NCBI GenBank assembly: GCA_044892505.1
Contig: CM097883.1
Coordinates: forward strand, 308,822,533-308,886,000
Direction: 5' to 3'
Length of the DNA: 63,468 bases
Source: Schmidtea nova
Taxonomy: Eukaryota
Position numbers and translations under genes: made by a program. The notes beneath the pieces were generated by a model. It saw only the letters and a program-made list of their open reading frames with translations, did no database searches and was not told the DNA's origin. Shown here piece after piece: positions 31,327 through 41,013 of this stretch (its first letter is position 1; every line of letters begins with the position of its first letter).

Positions 31327-31936
31327 GGGGATTACTTTTGTATACTCAATTTTCCTGTTCTATCTCTTATCGTTTTCTGATTCTTCTTGCTTGATTGATT
31401 GATTTGATTGATTTGTATATCTAAAATACAAAGGTCCTCAACGATACATTATTGTTATCGTCGCGCTTTTATTCCCTTTCTTTCGGGATTACTTATTACT
31501 GGGTTTTCATTATTTCCCAATTCCCAGATTCCCCTTTATTTTTAGTCTATTTAAATTATCTATAGACTGGTCACAATTATCTATTTACGTCGTAATAATT
31601 ATCTATGTTTTATCAAATCGATTACTTTTCCCACAGTTTCCCAATTATTGGTCGCTCGAGCGCTCTAATTCCCTGAGTCTTTCTGACTCGTTTATCATTA
31701 TTTTATCATTTCTATTCATTATTCCCTGCTAGCAATCGTTTTACTCATTCTGCCGGTGGCTCCGGTCAGCTCAAATCTCTACTATTCTCCTTGCATGCTT
31801 TACTTAAGGTTGCATAATCAGCTTTACTCGCATTCTCTTAACTACTAGTGCGCACTACTCTAAATTTCGTCGACGATTATACTATGGGTCTATATTCCCT
31901 CTGTTACTATTTATCCGGATATCTCTATAATTCACT

Positions 31937-32191
31937 ATGGCTCTTCTGGCCTCAATTTTATATCTCACATGGCTCTATTGGCCTCATTTTACTATCTCAA
32001 ATGGCTCTATTGGCCTCAATTTAATCTCTCAAATGGCTCTATTGGCCTCAATTTAATCTCTCAAATGGCTCTATTGGCCTCAATTTAATCTCTCAAATGG
32101 CTCTATTGGCCTCAATTTAATCTCTCCAATGGCTCTATTGGCCTTAATTTAATCTCTCAAATGGCTCTCTTGGCCTCAATTTAATCTCTCC
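31937..32191. repeat. Tandem array, 8 x 32 bp
   Basis: Unit atggctctattggcctcaatttaatctctcaa starts at 31937, 31969, 32001, 32033, 32065, 32097, 32129 and 32161. Confidence 0.95.
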
Positions 32192-32232
32192 ATAACGCCT
32201 AGCTAGGTCATTCAATAAGGCTCATTGGCCTC

Positions 32233-32527
32233 AACCCTTTTTTTCAAGGGACAAACCGCTAATAACCCTTTGTTTCAAGGGACAAATCTCATAACCCTTT
32301 GTTTCAAGGGACAAATCTCCTAACCCTTTGTTTCAAGGGACAAATCTCCTAACCCTTTGTTTCAAGGGACAAATCTCCTAACCCTTTGTTTCAAGGGACA
32401 AATCTCCTAACCCTTTGTTTCAAGGGACAAATCTCATAACCCTTTGTTTCAAGGGACAAATCTCATAACCCTTTGTTTCAAGGGACAAATCTCCTAACCC
32501 TTTGTTTCAAGGGACAAATCTCCTAAC
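32233..32527. repeat. Tandem array, about 10 x 29 bp
   Basis: Unit taaccctttgtttcaagggacaaatctc(c/a) with period 29 from 32263 to 32523, plus a variant first unit at 32233. Confidence 0.95.
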
Positions 32528-33003
32528 TTTGCTTAACCGGTTAATTATAATTCTTAACTTCGCTAGCGATTAATATTTCTCAGCTGAGTTATAACTACTT
32601 CTATGCGAGCTGACTATGCACCTTTTATTATTTCAACACTATCGTTTATTTCTTTGTTCTATTATAACTATTTCCTGATCCGTCTGCTTCAACTTTTTAT
32701 TTATTTTTCTCTATGCGCGCTTTACTCCATCAAGATTTCCCTATTTCTCTCCCCAACCAAAATATACAAAAAGATCGCGTTGGTCCATTAATGCAGGATG
32801 TGGTGATCAATCACATCACAAAAACTTTCCAACATTTGCGATGGGCCCCTTTCTATACACCCTGACTAGGTTGATCAATCGGTACTTCCCAATGGATTCT
32901 TATCGGACTACTTTGCAGTAGCTCAAAAATTATTTATATATGACAATTGTACCCATGATTTCCCCATTAATAAATCCATAAAATTCCATTCAAATTTTAT
33001 TTA

Positions 33004-33465
33004 TTATAAATATACAATAATTTTATCGTCTATCATCAGGTTGCACATAGGACATAGGTCGCACTTGCTGGCACATATTTTACAAAAACGAAAATGTCCA
33101 CAAGGTAAAAACATAATTTGTATCTCGCTATCCTCACATATATAGCACTGTCGGTATTTTTTCGCTGCTTCTACCCCCTGCGCCCTCCATCGATTGTATG
33201 TTGGGGTTAATCGTTGTTCTATTTGCCTGCACTTAATGTTTAGTTCTGCATTTTCTAATCGTGCTCTGTACCATTTGTAGCGGGTCTCTATGTCGATTTT
33301 TCTTGTCCTTTCTGTTATCTTTATTAATTCATCTGTTTCCTCAGTCTGTGTTGTGGGTTCCTGAAATTCAATTTCTCTAAATCGGTTTATTTTCTTGCCA
33401 ATCGTTTCTAATGTTTCGCTTTCTGTGTTGAGAAATTCTTCAATTTCTTTCAGTTTTTCCTCCAT
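33004..33465 (-). CDS. 153-aa coiled-coil plus C-terminal IAP-type RING finger protein (no BIR domain)
   Basis: CYICEDSEIQIMFLPCGHFRFCKICASKCDLCPMCNLMIDDKIIVYL parallels the cIAP/XIAP C-terminal RING and ends at the C-terminus. Confidence 0.85.
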   Translation of the reverse strand: MEEKLKEIEEFLNTESETLETIGKKINRFREIEFQEPTTQTEETDELIKITERTRKIDIETRYKWYRARLENAELNIKCRQIEQRLTPTYNRWRAQGVEAAKKYRQCYICEDSEIQIMFLPCGHFRFCKICASKCDLCPMCNLMIDDKIIVYL

Positions 33466-33772
33466 TTACTAAATAAATAATCGTTTTAACTCTGTTATTT
33501 TTATCGTTTTAAGGTAGTAATATGTTTCGTTTTGTATCTTTTAATATTTAACTCCCCCCGTGTTTCCGAAAATTGTCGTCCCGACAAATTATCTATGCAT
33601 GCATTTTAATTTTTAAATTCACTTTTGTTCACTGCCGTGTTGTTATTTTAATTTTTATACAATAATTTAAATTTAATTATAACCTTTCTGTTTTTTATTA
33701 AATTAATTGACCCGAGCATTTCAAACCTCTCTGCAGATTTTACATTTACATTTTTCCGATAAAACGAAGTTT

Positions 33773-33790
33773 ATCCCGGCTGAGCCCCCA
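33773..33790 (-). promoter_or_regulatory. Primer binding site, tRNA-Pro type
   Basis: Minus strand TGGGGGCTCAGCCGGGAT matches the classical tRNA-Pro PBS TGGGGGCTCGTCCGGGAT at 16/18. Confidence 0.85.
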
Positions 33791-34264
33791 AATTTATGCT
33801 GGGTTCATGGAGGGGTTAGATGAAAAATGTTCTAACAATGACTAGGGATCCCTCATCCATGATCATGCATAAAATTGCAATTTTACACTCAAGCGCCCTT
33901 GATTATTTCCCTATATAATCAAGTTGGTGATGCGCAGGGTGGTTAAACAATGATGGGCAGGTGAGCACTATCGCTAGTACTACTCCCCATTTATGTTTAC
34001 GGGTCCATTGCTGCCGTTAGAAGGACTTATGCTTTAATCATCCACTTATGTATTCCGTGTTAATCTTTCAGAAAATTTATTTTTATCATTACCCAGTCTG
34101 CGAGAAGTATCTCAACGAATGCTCGCTTAATTATTTAATTATCTCTATTCGGTATTTGGTAAAATAAATTTACACTTTTGTTCTATCTTTATCTAATCAT
34201 TGGTAAAGTTAATTAAATCAATTTAAATGAACGATAAAATTCTTAAGCCAATACAACAATTTAT

Positions 34265-34861
34265 TTAATTTTTAATTAGTTCGGTAAAAACTCCCGCCGG
34301 AGGAAAAATCTCCGTCAATAATGCCTCCCCGGTCATCTGATGTAGACCATCGACTTGGATTTGTAATTGCTGGGCAAATAATTTTCTCTGTCTTCGCCGT
34401 TTCTGCCCAATGCGCTTGCGTTTTTGGTGCGTATTCGCCGATGAGGTGGTTGAATTTGCTGCAGGAGCTGTCTCATTCCGACTTTCGATTAGATCTGCGA
34501 CATCCGTGCCTATGGAATTCACAGTCTTCTTTTCTGATGTCCAAGCTTGGTACGTAACCGGACGGATTTGCTCTCTGAGCTCCTTCTCAATATATGAGGC
34601 AGTTACGGAATGGAGGCATTTTCGGAGTTCTATCTTTGTAGCCTCCCATTCCATTTGATAATCGGCTGCCGTCTGTTGGGCGCGCTCGGTTTTACTGATT
34701 TGCTCCTTCATTCGGGCCGGAGCAAACCAGCTTTTGCGCAAGTATGCAATCTGTGCCTCTGCTTTGATCAATTGTGCCTTGAGGAGACCCACTTCCTTGT
34801 CCTGGGCCCTCCGAATCCGCCACATCTTCTCCAATTCTCTCTGCATCAAATCGGGGTTCAT
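34265..34861 (-). CDS. LTR ORF-B, 198 aa, coiled coil plus basic NLS-like patch
   Basis: Intact ORF containing KRKRIGQKRRRQRK; tatAG one nt before the ATG. Confidence 0.65.
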   Translation of the reverse strand: MNPDLMQRELEKMWRIRRAQDKEVGLLKAQLIKAEAQIAYLRKSWFAPARMKEQISKTERAQQTAADYQMEWEATKIELRKCLHSVTASYIEKELREQIRPVTYQAWTSEKKTVNSIGTDVADLIESRNETAPAANSTTSSANTHQKRKRIGQKRRRQRKLFAQQLQIQVDGLHQMTGEALLTEIFPPAGVFTELIKN

Positions 34862-35047
34862 TCTATAATTTATTTAGGATATTTACTCTATGATTTAATT
34901 ATATGAAAATTAAAATCTGATCATAGGATTATTAGGTCACGAATATGAACTATTAAAAGGTGAAACAGAACAACAATAAAAAAAAAACAAAAATTCACTA
35001 ATGAACTATAATATTTTAATACAATTTCAACATTGGTTAATCAGTGT

Positions 35048-35527
35048 TCATCTCCGAAATAAACAATGCAATTCGCAGTTAATCGGTTTCTGACGCAGAC
35101 GAGCCCAGGAAAACGCAGGTTGTCCTTTCCAGCATTCCTTGCCGAAGGGTTTTCGTGGCAGGAATTCGTGTAGGCCTAGTTGGCATAGTTCCCGACGAGG
35201 GATATGCCCCCAATAAATTACACGGCTTGTACGTCCATCTGTGTTCTTGATCAGTACGACAAGTCGGCCAAATTTGTTCGAGTACGGCCTTTGAGAAATC
35301 GGCCAGTTCGGTCCTCCTCGATAGAGTATTTGGTCGTGCCCTCCTGTCCATATCGAGAACGGGCATTTTCGGCCAAACCCCTGTCGCCACTTATACATTT
35401 GGCAGTTGAGGGTTCGCAATATTGATGCTGGTAGATCCTTGAGCTGCGAGATATTTCCATTTCGCAGATTCTCTCGCTCCATATTCCGTAGTTGCGTTAA
35501 TTGATTTATAAGTTCAGCTGTCGACAT
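35048..35527 (-). CDS. LTR ORF-A, 159 aa, unknown function
   Basis: Intact ORF in a GC-richer island of the LTR; tatAG immediately before the ATG. Confidence 0.6.
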   Translation of the reverse strand: MSTAELINQLTQLRNMERENLRNGNISQLKDLPASILRTLNCQMYKWRQGFGRKCPFSIWTGGHDQILYRGGPNWPISQRPYSNKFGRLVVLIKNTDGRTSRVIYWGHIPRRELCQLGLHEFLPRKPFGKECWKGQPAFSWARLRQKPINCELHCLFRR

Positions 35528-36899
35528 CTATATTACATTTATTGGATATGAAATATCTGAGAAAAGGGGGGAAAATTCGTTGATAATTTAATTATACTGT
35601 ATATAATCACAAAAGTTACTTAAAAATAAGATTAATTTTCTTTCTCTCCGCCGTGATCTACCACGGTCGGAATAAAGAGTTCATAATTAGTCCTGTGCTA
35701 TATACAGCATTCAGGAATTTTCAAATTTAATCAAGATTTCCGCGCTATATACAGCGGTCGGATTATAACTTGGGAACCGCGCCATATACGACGATCGGCC
35801 TATTTTTAGTAACTAATTTAATTTGGATTTTCCGACGCATTCCATCGCGATCGGAATTTATCGATATTAAAATTTTGTAGGCGAGATGCTGATTTCGAAT
35901 GAAATCGGACTTTGGACTACGTTGGATTTTCTCATTTCAGCGAAATTATTCAAATTTATTTTATTTGTTGCTCACTGCTTTTCCATGCGGGAGGTTCCAT
36001 TTCGATTCAATTTACTAAAATTTTAAGAGTGAGCATGCCCTACCATGGGGTGTCCCTCCTTATCAATCCGCCCTCCGCAATCTACATATTGGGCCCTCGA
36101 CCTTCGTCCGTTGTGCAACCCAGAATTAAATAATTTGCAAATGGTCTGTACTAGACTAAAAATCCAATCAAATTTTCTAACTAAAATTTCACATCTAAGT
36201 TAAATAATAAAAAGGTTGAACCGCCATGTGAGACCCTGAGGCCCCACGACGACGACTCGGACTCCCTCGCCGCGTGAGCAGCATAGGAAGTATAGCTATA
36301 ATCAATGAAAAAAATAAAATAACGTTTACATATAAACTTTTAATTAAATAAAAATCATGGGTACATCATATAAGATAACATAAAAAATTACTTCCGTACT
36401 TGAATGTGTGGTTCCTTGTATGAAATTCGGTTTTTCCAAAGAATTACTCAAATCAAAGTTTAGTCTTGATCTTGAGTGAAAAATAACGTCTAAGTCTGTG
36501 ATTTTTGGATCGGTATTTATACTGATCCGTCTGGTTGGATTGACCAATCAGGATCAGGCCGTCCATCAAAGTATTTTTATTATTTTAATCTAATCTAAAC
36601 ATTATTTTGTTTCCTTTTCCGGTTTCTCGCTGGGTGGTCCTGATTTTCCAAGTAATTAATTAATTATTTGTACTATTATTTTATTTAATTCTATTTTTTC
36701 TCCTTTCAGGCCCCCTTTTGCGGTTGTTTACCGGTTTATTTTCAAAATTTCCTTTTACTGAAAATTTATCAATTATTATTTGTCGTTTTATTGTTATTTT
36801 TAATTTGTTTTTCTTGCTATTTTTATTTTTATTATTTCTTTATTGTTTCATGCTTTTGTTCGTTTTATTGTGTTTTTAGGTGATTTGGCGGGCCCAACA

Positions 36900-37309
36900 A
36901 TACCAACATAAGAAAATGAACATAAAGAAAATACTATAATACATAAATTCATTAACATAAAAGAAAATAACAAATAACATAAAAATTCATTAAATAAAAT
37001 AAAAAATCTTTTACATTGCACAAACATTATAACATAACTTATAATTTAATATTGACTATAATTTAATATTGACGAGTGACGATTCTAATTTGATGAACTT
37101 GACAATTCTAAATCAATTAATATTTCTGTTGACTCATTTGGTTCTCGTACAGATTTAGTAAAAAAATTAAATGGGACACCCTATTTATATAAAAAATAAG
37201 CGACGCAAACCAAAATTTTAACGACGCAACTCTGAAATGACGAAAATTCAAGAACGACGCAACTTCGAAAACAACGCAAATCGAAACGACGCTAATCGAG
37301 GTTCTAGTG
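36900..37309. mobile_element. Right part of the pogo/Tigger-like MITE
   Basis: TIR aacgacgctaatcgaggttctagtg (37285-37309) followed by TATATA; subterminal GACGCAA repeats at 37201-37290. Confidence 0.65.
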
Positions 37310-37869
37310 TATATATATAAGGCAATTTTTTAATCGTTATTAATATTTAAATTTATTATTTATATTATCATTATTACTATTTTTACTTAAAGATATATTA
37401 TTATTTATATTAATTATCATTTTTATTTATTTATTATTTTATTCATTTGAATATGCAATATATACATGATTTTATCCTTATTTGTAAACATTATTAAATG
37501 ATATAAAATTATCATTACTTAATTTAAATATTATCAAGCTCATTATTAGATAACAAGAAAACTAAAGTCTATTTATTAGATCCAAAATTTTATCTACCAA
37601 TAGAGAGGTAAGGATCCAGAAAGATAAGTGTCCTACTTTTTTATTTAGGAAAACAAATAAAGTAAAATCATCTTTAATTTACGTTCTTAAGATATCTATT
37701 TGTTTTGTTGCTTTTTTGCTGCTGAATTTTTTTCTCTATCTATTTTTTCTCATGGCCTCTTTTGTTCTTTTTTCCCAATATGTTTAACCATGTGATTTTA
37801 AAAACACAAAAATTTAATAAAGATTAGCATTGGGTTAGTAGTAAATATTTATGCAGTATCATATGCAGG

Positions 37870-39097
37870 TCATCGTGGTGTGCCCAATAAATAATGGAAC
37901 TCTTATATAAGTAAATAAATGAAATAAACCAAGCTGTAAATATATATTTAGTATTGTATATAGGCAAATATACTGGTATTTGTTTTAATCAGTTATTACT
38001 GGAGTAAAAAATTTAGCGCTTATTTTAAAATTAAAAATGTCATTCGCATTCTCTTTATGAAAGGCATTAGTAGAAAAGAAGTCAAAACAGATTTTGTGAT
38101 TTTATGATGGTGAGTGCCCATCAAAAGCAACAATTTACACTTGATACGATTACTTCCAAAAAGGTATAACTTCAGTTTATAATGGAAGAAAGCTTAAAGA
38201 AAGTTTTGTGAAATCAAAATAAAGGAAGACCTGAAATTACAACCATAAAGCTAAAAATGCGCCTGAATGAAAGTAAAGGCACTATTTATACATTACTCAG
38301 TGAAAGTGGCATAATGAAAACTATGCTCTCGCTTCGTATTGCGTCATTTTTAACCACGACGTCTGCAGGGCTGTGAAGAAAGCCTTCAGATTTTAGACGA
38401 TGTAGGATAGAGTATTTAGATAATATTAATATCAAGGATGAGACAAAACTTTCATTATATGTTTCACAGTCTAAATGAGAATCTAAAGAGTGGAAACTGC
38501 CTAGAGAAGTCTGTTCTTAGAAGATGAGGTCATCAACAAGTCATCGAAAGTCCCTCGTGTAGACCTGTTTTCAAATGCCATTGGCAATATTCTGGCTGAT
38601 TTTGCAGAAAGTGGGGTCAGAATTAACAGCTCTTAATAATCCAAACATGCACAAGAAACAAGGAAGTTCTGCAGGAAAATCAGGGTGTGTGAGCTCTATT
38701 ACTTACGCAAAACCGCTCTTATTCATACAAGTTCATTTTCAATGGGCACAATTGAGAGTTGTAGACTTAACTTGTTTTCCTATCTTTCCTCAATCTGGAT
38801 TTGGCTCCCTTGGACTTCTACTTGTTTATTCATTTCAAGAAATTCCTGTGAGGTTAGTAGTTTGTCACAAAAGACGATATGAAAGATGCGCTGACGCATA
38901 TAATGGACAAAAAGTTTTAGAATTTCTTCAAAATCGCCTTCCAAAACCTGGCTACACACTGGAAAAAATGTGTTGATGCAAATGATTATTTTGAGAAATA
39001 AACCCTTCATGACTCGCTTATTGTAAATACGATGTATATTTGCGCTCATTTATTTATTTCTATACGAGTCTCATTACTTATTGGGTGTCCTACGTAT
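37870..39097 (+). mobile_element. Degenerate mariner element, about 1.2 kb
   Basis: TIR-like ends (cgtggtgtgcccaataaataatg / cattactattgggtgtcctacg), a DET motif near 38437, and LDLAPLDFYLFIHFKKFL (YSPDLAPSDFHLF-like) at about 38790-38850. Confidence 0.7.
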
Positions 39098-40629
39098 GTC
39101 AAATGTATAATAATAAATATCTATTTTTGACTCAACTAAATTTATTGAAACATCTACTTTAGAAAAGTAATATTATTTTAAGTTTTTTTAAAAAGTTTGT
39201 TATTTTTATTTTATGAAAAAATGAATTAGTTGATAAAAAGATATTTGTATTTAAATTAGAATTAGAATTTTTTTCTTTATCGTAGTATAAATTAAACAGA
39301 TTTATCTGTTTTTTGTCTTCTTTAATTTAATATTTTCACTAATAGTTTTCTTTAAGCATCTCCCATTTCTGGCAACCCTCTCTGTTAAGTTTGTTATGTT
39401 CTTCTGTGAGAGGATATTTTTTTGTTCAAATATTTTTGTTGTAATCTCTGTCGTTGGGTTAGTTTAATTATGAGATGAAGATATTGTAGAGCCCAGCAGA
39501 GTCTCCGATAAAAATCTGTCTTGGGACAGCTGGGTGAATCGTGTATAGATAATGTAATTGTGAGATTGCGTGCGTGCGTATGTAGTGAATGATAATGTTA
39601 CAAACAAATAATAACGTATAACAACTTTTATTATTAATCAAAAAGATCAGATTATAACAACAGTACTCACGAATTCTTCCCGAGATAATATAAGTTGTCC
39701 GTTTGAGTTTTCCAAAACTGTTCTTGGATATTTGATGTTTCTCGCTTTCGTGATTTCCTTAGACAACTTTCTTCCTTTTTTTATTTACAAATTTCTTTCG
39801 TAATTTTCTGTTATCTTTTAATTTTCGTAATATTGTTAGGCAATTAATTTCCCTGTATTTTTAAAGTTTTCTTCTCTAGTTATTTTATTTTTTCAATTTT
39901 TTATTGATTTCTTTTTGTATTAGTAATTTTAATTTTTTATTATAAAAACCTTTTCCAGGCATTTTTGCAACAACATCAAAATAATAATAAGGGGGGGGGG
40001 GGTCATCCTGTGTACGCAAGGACGTCCATATTAATAATAATAACAGAGACAATAATAATCATNNNNNNNNNNNNNNNNNNNNNNNNNNNNNNNNNNNNNN
40101 NNNNNNNNNNNNNNNNNNNNNNNNNNNNNNNNNNNNNNNNNNNNNNNNNNNNNNNNNNNNNNNNNNNNNNNNNNNNNNNNNNNNNNNNNNNNNNNNNNNN
40201 NNNNNNNNNNNNNNNNNNNNNNNNNNNNNNNNNNNNNNNNNNNNNNNNNNNNNNNNNNNNNNNNNNNNNNNNNNNNNNNNNNNNNNNNNNNNNNNNNNNN
40301 NNNNNNNNNNNNNNNNNNNNNNNNNNNNNNNNNNNNNNNNNNNNNNNNNNNNNNNNNNNNNNNNNNNNNNNNNNNNNNNNNNNNNNNNNNNNNNNNNNNN
40401 NNNNNNNNNNNNNNNNNNNNNNNNNNNNNNNNNNNNNNNNNNNNNNNNNNNNNNNNNNNNNNNNNNNNNNNNNNNNNNNNNNNNNNNNNNNNNNNNNNNN
40501 NNNNNNNNNNNNNNNNNNNNNNNNNNNNNNNNNNNNNNNNNNNNNNNNNNNNNNNNNNNNNNNNNNNNNNNNNNNNNNNNAATACTAATAATAATGAATA
40601 ATAATAATATTATAATAATATTATTATTC

Positions 40630-41013
40630 TGTACTCGAGTTTTAGAACATTTTCAATTGGGGATTATGGATTTCGTTTTCAATCATTCTGTTGTTTATAA
40701 ATATGAAAATATTTATAATATATTCTTAAAAAAAATATATTTTTTTGTATAAAAATAAAAGAATATTATATTTTTAAGATTAATTTATTTAAATTTAAAA
40801 ATTTTATGTCGATTTAAATTTTTTGACTATAATAGAATTTAAAATATATATTTCATTTTAAAAATTATTACTAATTTGTTCGAAAAAATCGATTTATTTG
40901 ATTTATATTTGGATGTAACATAGGTAGCACCTGATGAAGAGAATTAAGTTCTCGAAATATATTGTGCAAAATATATATTTGGACTGGCGTTTGTTGTTAA
41001 TTATTTTAGTGCC
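40630..41013 (+). repeat. Hammerhead-bearing repeat (Penelope pLTR-like), copy 1
   Basis: Homologous to 49690-50190 (inverted) and 50360-50640 (direct). Confidence 0.7.
40927..40967 (+). ncRNA. Minimal type I hammerhead ribozyme motif
   Basis: GCAC-CTGATGA-A-GAGAA(ttaag)TTCTC-GAA-ATATAT-T-GTGC: stem I, conserved core, stem II and palindromic stem III. Confidence 0.65.

Larger units (their letters stand above)
7854..36899 (-). mobile_element. Giant Ty3/gypsy (Metaviridae) LTR retroelement with env and host-derived cargo, Burro-like
   Basis: Direct repeats at a constant offset of 26506 bp, PBS at 33773-33790, Gag-PR-RT-RH-IN order, and multiple intact accessory ORFs on the same strand. Confidence 0.95.
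33797..36899 (-). repeat. 5' LTR, about 3.1 kb
   Basis: Minus-strand start TGTTGGG (36899) and end CCCAGCA (33797) form an imperfect terminal inverted repeat. The PBS follows after a 6-nt spacer. The 33797 boundary is inferred because the other copy is truncated. Confidence 0.75.

Noticed and set aside
11127-31402. Many plus-strand ORFs (e.g. 15501-16283, 18479-19255, 13168-13800, 30833-31402)
   Set aside because: They are antisense shadows of the A-rich coding strand: T/C-rich sequence rarely forms stops, and the products are low-complexity F/L/S/I strings.
31937-32527. CRISPR-like appearance of the 29-32 bp repeats
   Set aside because: Units are head-to-tail with no unique spacers, there are no cas genes, and the context is eukaryotic.
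33004-33465. Calling the RING ORF a full IAP gene
   Set aside because: No BIR motif (CX2C...H...C with the RxxT/SF start) is visible, so no gene symbol was assigned.
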